NCBI GenBank assembly: GCA_046498225.1
Contig: JAWOBF010000150.1
Span: 1 to 58,361 of the forward strand
DNA: 58,361 nt
Direction of reading: 5' to 3'
Source: Candidatus Aegiribacteria sp.
GTDB lineage: Bacteria > Fermentibacterota > Fermentibacteria > Fermentibacterales > JCC-6
The notes beneath the pieces were generated by a model. The model had not been told where the DNA came from. It saw only the letters and a program-made list of their open reading frames with translations, and did not search any database. The number at the start of each line of letters is the position of its first letter. The stretch's first letter is position 1. Positions 38,875 through 47,584 of the stretch are shown here, piece by piece. The translations under genes were made by a program, and so were the position numbers.

Positions 38875-40092
38875 CTACCTGCCGATAACCGAGAATTTCC
38901 TGGACAGGGACCGGCCGGGAACGCCGCATACGAAAAGGTAGGAACCGGCGGGAAGGCGACTGACGTCCATGCTCAGCTGACGGGTCCCCCGGGGCAGACC
39001 GCCGTGGTCCCTGCTCATGAGCAGCCTTCCATCCAGGGAATGCACAGAGGTCTTCACCCGGGCGGCCGAATCCAGGGTAACGGTTGCCAGCAGGAGCTCC
39101 CGAACCGGGTTCGAAAGGCCGGCAAGGACCATTCCCGGCCCTTCCGCGTCATCATCATGATGGATTCCGGTGGCCGGCAATCCGAGAAAAAGGTGGACGG
39201 TCCCCTCCCAGGTGGAAACCAGCAGGTCCGGAATCGTGTCCTGGTCCCAGTAGCAGATGGAGGGCCTCACGTAAGTGAGAAAATCGATTACCTCGCCGTC
39301 GGCCCTCAGATCCCGGTAATCCATGAACAGGGGCTGGTCGGGCGTCCCGGAATTGACGTAGCACGGTATCTTCCCCGTGGTGTTTCCGACTATCAGGTCC
39401 TCCAGGCCGTCCCCGTTCAGGTCCCCGAAATCGGGGTAGCTGGCGTACAGCTGTATGGGCTCACCGCCGCAGGTAACCGTGTCCGTCACGCTGAAGACCG
39501 GTTCTTCGGCAGTACCTTCGTTGATGAACAGCAGAAGGCCCGCGGGAACACCGTCCGATCTTCCAACGACCAGGTCAAGCAGGCCGTCCCCGTTCCAGTC
39601 GAATACGCTGGGAGAACTGTTCAGACCCACTCGAATGGGTTCCCCTCCCACCTCCACCGGGGGCTGCTGCTCCAGGTGGATATCACCGGAGGGCAGGCGT
39701 CGGAAAAAATTGACGCTTCCCTGTCTGTCTCCCACGATGATATCAGGAAGTTCGTCGCCGTCCCAGTCCACAACCTGTGGATTCGTCGCTCCGGTGCATC
39801 AGCCGTACGGGACCGAAAGGGTGTCCTCTCCGTCCATCAGGTAGTGGAACTCCTGGAAGAGCGGCGAGCCGGGGCCGCCGACGTTCGGATAGTACCTTAT
39901 CCTGCCGTGGTCGAACTGGCCGCACAGGAGGTCCGGCAGCCCGTCGCCGTTCCAGTCGGCCATGACCGGGGCGGCGTAGCTTCCAACATCTATCCTCTCC
40001 CCCGCGCACTCCAGAACGCCGGAATAGGTGAACTCCACCATTCCGGCCCGAAACAGTGAGATGATCAGTACGAGAAAAGGTCCGAGCGGCAT
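38875..40092 (-). CDS. Secreted FG-GAP/VCBS-repeat protein with C-terminal sorting domain; in-frame UGA at 39799-39801 (putative selenocysteine)
   Basis: ORFs 39799-40110 and 38875-39771 share a frame: ...CCG TAC GGC TGA TGC ACC GGA GCG ACG AAT CCA CAG GTT GTG GAC TGG...; five DWNGDG.DL-type repeats; signal peptide; CTD; SECIS-like hairpin. Confidence 0.8.
39767..39781 (-). promoter_or_regulatory. Putative bacterial SECIS hairpin
   Basis: UCCACA-GGU-UGUGGA starting 17 nt after the UGA; G-containing apical loop with CAGGU core as in the E. coli fdhF SECIS. Confidence 0.65.
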
Positions 40093-40220
40093 ATCGCTTC
40101 CTCTCCGCATTCAGCCGCTTGAATAATACGGACCGGCGGACGGGTATGCAAACCGGGGGCGCGCCGTTGGTGGAAGGGTGGCGGCGGTGAGTATATTCAC
40201 ACCTGCCGTGAAAGGAAAAA

Positions 40221-41252
40221 ATGCAAGTATTCTATGCCTCCACTGCAGCGGGCGTGAAAAGCGCGGTAATTGATCTTCTGGAAGCACTGGACTGGAAAAA
40301 CCTCCTGCCGAAGGGGCAGGATGTCCTGGTAAAGGTCAACCTGACCTGGGACTACCTGAGGCCCGGGGTGAATACTTCCCCCTGGGTGGTGGAGGCCTTC
40401 GCCGAAGCGGTGTCGGATCACGTGGGGCGCATATACCTCGGTGAATCCAGCCAGGTCCTGGTGGACGCCACCCGCGCCTTTCGGATAACCCGGATGAAGG
40501 ACGCCGCCGAAAGGAAGGGTCTGATATGGCACAACTTCTCCCGGAATCGGTGGGTGGAGCGGGAGGTCGACGGCCTCTCCTTCGGTATTCCGGAGATATG
40601 CACCAGGATGCCGGTGGTATCCATTCCTGTGGTCAAGACCCATTACAGATCGGTGATATCGGTGGCCATGAAACACCTGTACGGCTGCCTGGACGACAAC
40701 AGGCACAACTATCACTACAGGCTGGCGGATTACACCGTGGCGGTGAACTCATCTATTCCGGTAGTTCTGACACTGGCAGACGGCACGATTTCCCTCGAGG
40801 GCAGCGGGCCCAAGCCGGGCATTCCGAAGCAGACCGACTTCCTGGCCGCTTCCGCGGACAGGGTCGCCCTGGACCATTCAGTATCCCGGGTAATGGGTAT
40901 AGACCCCCTCTCCGTGGAGACCACCGTGAAGGGTAACGGCAGGGTGGGAAGCTATGATGACTGCCGGGATGTCTGCCTGCCGCCGCTTGAACGGGCGCCC
41001 TCCTTCGATTTCATTCAGGCAGCCCCGAACTTCGTGGCCAGGGTGGAGAAGATTGTCCGGGGAAGAAGGAAGAGGCGGGAGCCGGGAACCGACGGTCCCC
41101 TCATAGGTCTGATGAAGTACGGGGCTAAACGGTGGTACAATCTGGCCTACTACCTGCTGGGGCAGAACCGGCAGGCCGGCCGTATAATCGAGAACAGCGT
41201 CTACGGTCCTCAATGGAGGGGCGTTCCGGAGGAGGAGGTGACATGGACCTGA
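40221..41252 (+). CDS. DUF362 family protein
   Basis: VLVKVNL, TSP.VV, GES, IPVVKTH, AMKHLYG, DG....G.GP..G, DRVALD. Confidence 0.8.
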   Translation: MQVFYASTAAGVKSAVIDLLEALDWKNLLPKGQDVLVKVNLTWDYLRPGVNTSPWVVEAFAEAVSDHVGRIYLGESSQVLVDATRAFRITRMKDAAERKGLIWHNFSRNRWVEREVDGLSFGIPEICTRMPVVSIPVVKTHYRSVISVAMKHLYGCLDDNRHNYHYRLADYTVAVNSSIPVVLTLADGTISLEGSGPKPGIPKQTDFLAASADRVALDHSVSRVMGIDPLSVETTVKGNGRVGSYDDCRDVCLPPLERAPSFDFIQAAPNFVARVEKIVRGRRKRREPGTDGPLIGLMKYGAKRWYNLAYYLLGQNRQAGRIIENSVYGPQWRGVPEEEVTWT

Positions 41253-42304
41253 AAGGACAGATGATGATGGGTCTGGACGCCATGCTGGGCATTCTGGGGC
41301 GCAGAAGGCCGGTCAACGTGATGGTATCAATCACCGACCGCTGCTGCAGCAGGTGCAGCTACTGCCAGATTCCCGAACAGGGCCGTCCCGATCTCTCCAC
41401 CAGCCGCTGGAAGGACCTTTTCGTCCAGATGGCCCGGGCCGGCACCAGGAGGATAGGCGTGTGGGGGGGCGAGCCTCTGATGAGGGATGACATAACGGAG
41501 CTCTGCTCCTTCGCCAGGTCACTGGGAATGTACGTGAGCCTGGACTCCAACGGCTACCTCCTGCCGGCGAAGAGGGAGATACTGGAAAACATCGACCACC
41601 TGGTCCTGGCATACGACGGCCCGGAGGAGGCCCACGATACCAACAGGGAGAAGGGGAGCCACGGCAAGGTCATCAGAGCCATGGAGACAGCCTCCGGCAG
41701 GGTCCGTCTCTGGACCATCACCGTCCTCACCCGGAACAATATCCAGCACATCGATCATATCATGGAAACCGCCCTGAAGTACGGCTTCCTCACAACCTTC
41801 CAGACCCTTCATCACAACGAGAAGCTGGGAGGCGACACCTCGAGCATGATGCCCTCCCGGGAGGAGTACGCCGCCGCCTACGGGAGGCTGCTGGAGCTCA
41901 AGGGCCGGGGCGCGCCCATAGCCAATTCCGCTCGCTACCTGGAAAGCATGATGAAATGGCCGGATTTCTCGATCACCAGGATGAAGGGGAGGTTCCACGG
42001 CGTTTCATGCAGGGCGGGAAAGATGTACTGCAACATAGACGCCGACGGAAAGGTCTATCCCTGCTCCCTCCTCATAGGTCAGTATCCCGATTCAGTCAGC
42101 GCGCTGGAGAAGGGGTTCGAAGAAGCCTTCGACGCAGCGGCCTGCCTTCCGTGCCAGGCATGCACTGCCAGCTGCTACACGGAATACAACTACCTCTACG
42201 GCCTGTGCCCCTCCGTTGCCCTGGACTGGCACGGATCGGTGAGGGAAACCGACAGAATGATGCTCGAGAGAAGAGAAGCAATAACAAACAATGGGAGTGT
42301 CTGA
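41243..42304 (+). CDS. Radical SAM protein with SPASM/twitch-like Cys-rich C-terminus
   Basis: ITDRCCSRCSYC, GGEPLMR, SNG, CRAGK..ID.DG.VYPC..C..C...C; ATG 41243 with GGAGG RBS. Confidence 0.88.
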   Translation: MDLKGQMMMGLDAMLGILGRRRPVNVMVSITDRCCSRCSYCQIPEQGRPDLSTSRWKDLFVQMARAGTRRIGVWGGEPLMRDDITELCSFARSLGMYVSLDSNGYLLPAKREILENIDHLVLAYDGPEEAHDTNREKGSHGKVIRAMETASGRVRLWTITVLTRNNIQHIDHIMETALKYGFLTTFQTLHHNEKLGGDTSSMMPSREEYAAAYGRLLELKGRGAPIANSARYLESMMKWPDFSITRMKGRFHGVSCRAGKMYCNIDADGKVYPCSLLIGQYPDSVSALEKGFEEAFDAAACLPCQACTASCYTEYNYLYGLCPSVALDWHGSVRETDRMMLERREAITNNGSV

Positions 42305-43803
42305 TGCCATCGTTACCTGAATACAGAACGAGAATCCTGCTGCAGCGGGAGAAGGTCCCCCTGGTCCCCGGGGTCTTCGTCTCTTCCGAGCGGGAGTACA
42401 CGGATGACCTGCCGGATATGCCGGTGTATCTCAAGGCGCAGCTTCCCGGCGCCACCAGCAGGAAGAGCAAGGGACTGGTCCGCAGAATAGATTCCCCGGA
42501 ACTGCTGGAGGAAAACCTCCAGAACCTCCTGGCCCCGGGAGAGTGGGGCGAACCGGAGGGTGTCCTCGTTACGCGCGGAGTCGACCTGAAGGCGGAATAC
42601 TACGCCGGGTGCACCCTGGATTTCGGCTCGAGGGACAGACTTCCCGGCGGAACCCTCCTCTTCAGCATCTCCGGAGGGTCCGGTGTGGAGGGCCGGTCGG
42701 AGTCGCTGCTTCGAATGCCATTTTCTCTCCTTCACCCTCCATCGGTTGAAGATATCGAGGGCGAACTGGTTTCCATGGGAACGGAAGCCGACCCCGGGTC
42801 TCTCGCGGGTATTCTTCACAAACTAATCAGTACCTTTACCGGGTACAAGCTTACCGTGCTGGAGATAAACCCCCTGGGCCTGCTTACCGACGGTTCTATC
42901 ATGGCGGTGGACTGCCGGGCGGAGTTCGAAAAATCGGCGGTCCGTAAGGACGACATGGACATATTCTTCCCTCCCGGGGTGGAATCATCCAGGGACCTCA
43001 CCCGCCTCGAGAAGGTGGTGGAGAAGATAAACAGGGACGACCCCTCCGGAACCGGCTTCTTCAGGCAGAACCGGGAGAAGCCGTCCCGGGACGCCCTCAG
43101 GGTCGCCACCAACCTATGCGGCGGAGGCGGCAAGATGCTGTGGGAGATGACCACCGGCTCCAGGACCGACATTCACACCATGAACGAATCGGATACCTCC
43201 GGAGGCCTTTCCGCCTTCAAGAGCTACAGGATACTGAGGGTCATCCTCGCCCAGGAGGATGCCCAGGCGCTTCTTCTCACCGGCTCAGGAATGGCGTTCC
43301 AGAACCAGCATCACCTGGCGGCCGCTGTCTGGAAGGCGCTGAAGGAGAGCCCCACTCCCCTTCCCTCCCTCCTGCGGTTCGGCGGCACCGACGAGGACAG
43401 GGCCCGCGAACTGTTCGAGAGGGTCGCCGATTCGCTCCCGGTCCCGGTGAGGACCTTCCCACCGGAGGTGTTCCCCAACGCCATGGTGGACCACATCAGG
43501 GAGATAGCCGAAGGTCCTTCGAAGGTCGCGGAAAAGATCGAGCCTCCCCGCGGCGAACCGGATATCGAGGTCCGGACCCCCCCTGGAAAGATCTATTTCC
43601 ATTACGACAGATGGAACAGCGAAGAAATTCCGCCTTCCGTAACCGCCTGCCCCACAGGTTTCCTCCGATGGGAGAGCGGAAAACTGTCCGCCGACCCGCA
43701 AGCCCGCTGCACAGGCTGCCTCATGTGCGAAACGGCGGCCCTTATGGAGGGCAACGGTGAATTGTACATACATCTTGAAATGCCTGAGGAGGTGGACCGA
43801 TGA
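42304..43803 (+). CDS. Succinyl-CoA-synthetase beta-like ATP-grasp subunit with C-terminal ferredoxin-like domain
   Basis: LPEY, LKAQ, EYY, GGSGVE, LEINPL..DG...AVD; CGGGG; RFGGT; C-terminal ACPTG...CTGCLMC; TGATG overlap. Confidence 0.75.
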   Translation: MPSLPEYRTRILLQREKVPLVPGVFVSSEREYTDDLPDMPVYLKAQLPGATSRKSKGLVRRIDSPELLEENLQNLLAPGEWGEPEGVLVTRGVDLKAEYYAGCTLDFGSRDRLPGGTLLFSISGGSGVEGRSESLLRMPFSLLHPPSVEDIEGELVSMGTEADPGSLAGILHKLISTFTGYKLTVLEINPLGLLTDGSIMAVDCRAEFEKSAVRKDDMDIFFPPGVESSRDLTRLEKVVEKINRDDPSGTGFFRQNREKPSRDALRVATNLCGGGGKMLWEMTTGSRTDIHTMNESDTSGGLSAFKSYRILRVILAQEDAQALLLTGSGMAFQNQHHLAAAVWKALKESPTPLPSLLRFGGTDEDRARELFERVADSLPVPVRTFPPEVFPNAMVDHIREIAEGPSKVAEKIEPPRGEPDIEVRTPPGKIYFHYDRWNSEEIPPSVTACPTGFLRWESGKLSADPQARCTGCLMCETAALMEGNGELYIHLEMPEEVDR

Positions 43804-44762
43804 CCGGTATAGTGAGTCACCTGGCCGGTATCGATACTCCGAAGACACTTGTGTTCGGAATCACCGGAAGACAGGGCAGGAGCAGGACGAGGCTGATGAG
43901 GAAGTACGGCACGGAGGTCATCGCCGGCTGCACACCCGGAAAGGGAGGCCAGGAGGTCGACGGCGTACCCGTCTACAACTCCGCCGCGGAGGCGGTGGAA
44001 GCCTTCCCGGAGCTGAACTCCGCCGTCTTCTTCGTCCCGGCGGGAGCGGTTAAGAAAGCGGCCATGGACGCCATGGACGCCGGGCTGAGGTTCCTGGTGC
44101 TCACAGCGGACGGCGTTCCGGCGCATGACGAGATAGTCCTGAAGGAATACGCCGACGGCGGTGGATCGGTCTATCTGGGTCCGAACACAGTGGGTCTTCT
44201 GGATACCGCAGGGTACCTTTTCGGCATGATAGGCGGAAGCGCCACCTGGGCGAAGAAGAACTACAGGCCGGGCTGTGTGGGTGTCATCTCCCGCTCCGGC
44301 GGCCTGTCCCAGCTCCTGGGAGCCTTTCACTGCAGGCCCAACCTCCCCGGCCCCAGGGAGGACGGTTCCTACGGACCGCTGTGGGGGGAGGATTATCCCG
44401 GTCTCTCGGCGGTGGTGTGCGTGGGAGGAGACCCCGTACCCGGAATAACCATGCTGGACGCCGCCCTGGCGTTCCAGAAGGACCCCCGGACCAAGGTAAT
44501 GGCCGTTTACGGTGAGACCGGCACCACACAGGAGAACGACCTGGCGGATGCCATCAGGAAGGGGGAGATAACAAAACCGGCGGTTGTCTTCCTGGGAGGC
44601 AAGTACACCAGGGCCGGTGTCGCCCAGAGCCACGCAGGGGCCATGATAAGGAACGAAAGCGAGACCTGGGAGGCCAAGCACCGGGCATTGACCGAAGCCG
44701 GGGCCACGGTGGTGGAAAGACCCGACGGCGTCTTCGGAGCGGTCCTCGGAAAACTGAGATGA
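43800..44762 (+). CDS. Succinyl-CoA-synthetase alpha-like CoA-binding subunit
   Basis: GITGRQG, YGT, TPGKGG, FVP, GPNT.G, ISRSGGL, GGDP, GE.G, SHAGA phospho-His motif. Confidence 0.85.
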   Translation: MTGIVSHLAGIDTPKTLVFGITGRQGRSRTRLMRKYGTEVIAGCTPGKGGQEVDGVPVYNSAAEAVEAFPELNSAVFFVPAGAVKKAAMDAMDAGLRFLVLTADGVPAHDEIVLKEYADGGGSVYLGPNTVGLLDTAGYLFGMIGGSATWAKKNYRPGCVGVISRSGGLSQLLGAFHCRPNLPGPREDGSYGPLWGEDYPGLSAVVCVGGDPVPGITMLDAALAFQKDPRTKVMAVYGETGTTQENDLADAIRKGEITKPAVVFLGGKYTRAGVAQSHAGAMIRNESETWEAKHRALTEAGATVVERPDGVFGAVLGKLR

Positions 44763-45892
44763 AGTACAGGCGTTTCGGCCGGCTGGACTGGCAGGTTTCA
44801 GCCCTTGGATTCGGCATCATGAGGCTTCCCCACCGGGAGGGCGAACACTCCGAAATACTGGAGGAGGAAGCCGGCGCCATGGTCCGCCACGCCGTGAATA
44901 ACGGTGTCAACTACCTGGATACCGCCTACAACTACCACGGGGGCCTCAGCGAGGTCTTCCTGGGAAAGCTTCTCAAGGACGGTCTGCGCGAGAAGGTCCG
45001 TCTGGCCACCAAGCTGCCCTGCTGGAAGGTGAAGAAGACCGATGACCTGAACAGGTACTTCGACGAGCAGCTTGAAAGGCTGCAGACGGACCGCGTCGAC
45101 TTCTACCTCCTGCACTCCCTGCAGGACGACTGGTGGGACAGGATGAAGGAGGCGGGATACCTGGACTGGGCCGAGAAACAGCTGGCCGACGGGCGCATAG
45201 GCCACCTGGGGTTCTCATTTCATGATAAACTGCCCCTTTTCAGGAAGATCATCGACGATTACGACAACTGGACCATGACCATGGTGATGTACAACTACAT
45301 GGACGTGGACCACCAGGCGGGAACAGAGGGGGTGAAGTACGCCGCCGACAGGGGCCTCGCGGTAGTGGTCATGGAGCCCCTTCGCGGAGGCCTGCTTGCC
45401 CGGGTGCCCCCGGATTCGGTAAAACGGGTGTTCGACAGGTCCGGCATCCGCAGGACTCCGGCGGACTGGTCCCTGCAGTGGCTGTGGGACAGGCCGGAGG
45501 TCTCATGCGCAGTAAGCGGCATGAGCACCATGGAGCAGCTGCGGCAGAACCTGGAGAGCGCCGGACGGTCGGGTATCGGTTCCATGTCCGAAGCGGAGAA
45601 GCGGGTGCTGGCGGAAGTGCGGAAGGAATACAGAAGCAAGAGGTCCATACCATGCACCGACTGCAGGTACTGCCTGCCGTGCCCGGAGGGCGTGGCCATC
45701 CCCTGGATATTCTCCTACTACAACATGAGCGAGATGTACGAGGCTCCGGAAGCCGCCTCGAAGCAGTACGGCTTTCTGAAGGAGGAGGAAAGGGGCGACA
45801 GGTGCACCGAATGCGGCAGATGCATGGAGAAATGCCCGCAGCACATCGATATCATCGAAAGATTGAAGGAGGCTCACCGCCACCTGAGCTGA
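44759..45892 (+). CDS. Aldo/keto reductase with C-terminal 4Fe-4S dicluster
   Basis: SALGFGIMRLP, GVNYLDTAY.YH, LATKLP, DFYLLH, GFSFHD, MEPLRGG, CTDCRYCLPCP, CTECGRCMEKCPQ. Confidence 0.9.
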   Translation: MKYRRFGRLDWQVSALGFGIMRLPHREGEHSEILEEEAGAMVRHAVNNGVNYLDTAYNYHGGLSEVFLGKLLKDGLREKVRLATKLPCWKVKKTDDLNRYFDEQLERLQTDRVDFYLLHSLQDDWWDRMKEAGYLDWAEKQLADGRIGHLGFSFHDKLPLFRKIIDDYDNWTMTMVMYNYMDVDHQAGTEGVKYAADRGLAVVVMEPLRGGLLARVPPDSVKRVFDRSGIRRTPADWSLQWLWDRPEVSCAVSGMSTMEQLRQNLESAGRSGIGSMSEAEKRVLAEVRKEYRSKRSIPCTDCRYCLPCPEGVAIPWIFSYYNMSEMYEAPEAASKQYGFLKEEERGDRCTECGRCMEKCPQHIDIIERLKEAHRHLS

Positions 45893-45908
45893 CCCGCTAT
45901 ATGGCCGG

Positions 45909-46718
45909 TCACCTGGTTGTGCCGCTGGAAAGGCCGCTCACTATCCTTCTCTGAAGCAGCAGGACCATGGCCACCAGGGGCAGGACCGCCACCATGGCCG
46001 CGGCGGAGAGTTCCGACCAGGGCACCCTGTACTGGCCGGGAAACTTGGCTATGGCCACCGGCACCGTCTGCATCACCGGGTTGGTCATGATGAGTAGAGC
46101 GAAGAAGAACTCGTTCCAGGCGTATATGAACACCAGTATGGCCGTGGTCAGCACCGCGGGGGCCGCCACCGGGGCGAATACCCTCCATACGGTGGTCCAT
46201 GGTCCGCATCCGTCCATCACCGCCGCCTCCTCAAGCTCCGGCGGAAGCCGTCTGAAGAAGCTGGTGAGCATCCATATGGCCAGTGGCAGCATGAGGCCGG
46301 TATAGGGAAGTATCAGCCCGGGAAAGGTGTTCAGCAGTCCCAGGCTCATCAGCATGCGGTATACGGCGCCGGCTATGGATACCTGGGGAAACATGGAAGC
46401 AGCCAGCACCAGACCCAGGACCGGCCCCCTCCATCTTCCCCTCATCCGGGAAAGCGGGTATGCCGCCAGAACTCCCATGGCCACGGTTAACAGAGTGGTC
46501 GTCGAAGATACGAGAAGGCTGTTCCCCATGCTTCTGAGGAACCCTCTCTCCTGCAGAACTATCCTGTAGGAATCCCAGTGGAGGTCAGGCAGCAGCGTCG
46601 GCGGCCTTCGGCTCACCAGGCCGGGGGACTTCAGGGAGGTGCTCAGTATCCACAGGACCGGTCCGAGGCAGAACAGAAGCACCGCCAGGAGCCCCAGGAC
46701 CGTCCACAGCCTTCTCAT
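45909..46718 (-). CDS. Carbohydrate ABC transporter permease (MalG-like)
   Basis: TSLK, NSL, AAYPLSR, LPPELEEAAVMDG (EAA), AWNEF; ATG 46718 overlaps the upstream stop. Confidence 0.9.
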   Translation of the reverse strand: MRRLWTVLGLLAVLLFCLGPVLWILSTSLKSPGLVSRRPPTLLPDLHWDSYRIVLQERGFLRSMGNSLLVSSTTTLLTVAMGVLAAYPLSRMRGRWRGPVLGLVLAASMFPQVSIAGAVYRMLMSLGLLNTFPGLILPYTGLMLPLAIWMLTSFFRRLPPELEEAAVMDGCGPWTTVWRVFAPVAAPAVLTTAILVFIYAWNEFFFALLIMTNPVMQTVPVAIAKFPGQYRVPWSELSAAAMVAVLPLVAMVLLLQRRIVSGLSSGTTR

Positions 46719-47581
46719 TCCGCCATCATCCTCCTGCCCAGGGTCCTGACCAGGAGAATCGACAGAACCGCTATTATCAGGAACACCACCACGGCCACCG
46801 CCGAACCGTAACCGTACTGCTGCTCGGGGAACATCTTGAGGTACCCGAAGAACTGCAGCACCCCGGTTTTTCCGGATGGGGCGCCCTGCGTCATAACATA
46901 TACCAGGTCGAAGACCCTGAAGGCGTCCATTACTCGAAACAGCAGCGCCACCAGAAGAGCGGGACGGATAAGGGGCAGCGTGATATGGAAGAAACGCCTC
47001 GAGGGTCCGGCCCCGTCGATGCGTGCAGCCTCCATCAGCTCCTCCGGTACCGTCTGCAGTCCCGCAAGGGCGATGAGGGCAACGAAGGAGGAGGACTTCC
47101 AGACGTCCGCCAGTATGATGGCCAGCCGCGCGGTGGCCGGCCGGGCGAGCCAGGCGCTGTACATCTGCAGAGAATCGCCGTAGACCAGGTAATTGACTAT
47201 TCCGTACTGGTCGTTGAATATGTACTTCCACATAACGGCGGCAACCACGGTGGGCACCGCCCATGGCAGTATGACAGAAGCCCTGAAGAAGCCCCTTCCG
47301 GTTACCACCCGGTTTATGGCCAGGGCTATCAGAACACCCGCCGCCATCTCCAGCGAAACCGAGGCGACAACGAAGAGAAAGGTGAATTCAACCGTATCCA
47401 GTGCCTGTCCGTCACCGGCCAGGCGGCGGTAGTTGTCCAGCCCGCAGAACTCCCGTCCGGTGACGGGACTGTCCCGGTAGAGGCTGTTGACCATGGTGCT
47501 CAATACTGGAAAAACAAGAAAACCGCAGAGGAAGAGAACGGCCGGGGTCATCATGACAATACCCATCCGGCTCTTTCTCAA
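46715..47581 (-). CDS. Carbohydrate ABC transporter permease (MalF-like)
   Basis: GLDNY, LPWAVP, GLQTVPEELMEAARIDGA, F.HITLP, FDLVYVMT.G. Confidence 0.9.
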   Translation of the reverse strand: MRKSRMGIVMMTPAVLFLCGFLVFPVLSTMVNSLYRDSPVTGREFCGLDNYRRLAGDGQALDTVEFTFLFVVASVSLEMAAGVLIALAINRVVTGRGFFRASVILPWAVPTVVAAVMWKYIFNDQYGIVNYLVYGDSLQMYSAWLARPATARLAIILADVWKSSSFVALIALAGLQTVPEELMEAARIDGAGPSRRFFHITLPLIRPALLVALLFRVMDAFRVFDLVYVMTQGAPSGKTGVLQFFGYLKMFPEQQYGYGSAVAVVVFLIIAVLSILLVRTLGRRMMAE

Positions 47582-47584
47582 TAT

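Noticed and set aside
38875..40110. Two separate genes, a pseudogene, or a genome-wide UGA reassignment
   Set aside because: Same frame, complementary domain content and a SECIS-like hairpin favour read-through; UGA is the true stop of many conserved genes here and Trp uses TGG. A nonsense mutation is not fully excluded
42304..44762. Assigning gene symbols sucC/sucD
   Set aside because: Divergent motifs, ferredoxin fusion and non-TCA context leave the substrate uncertain
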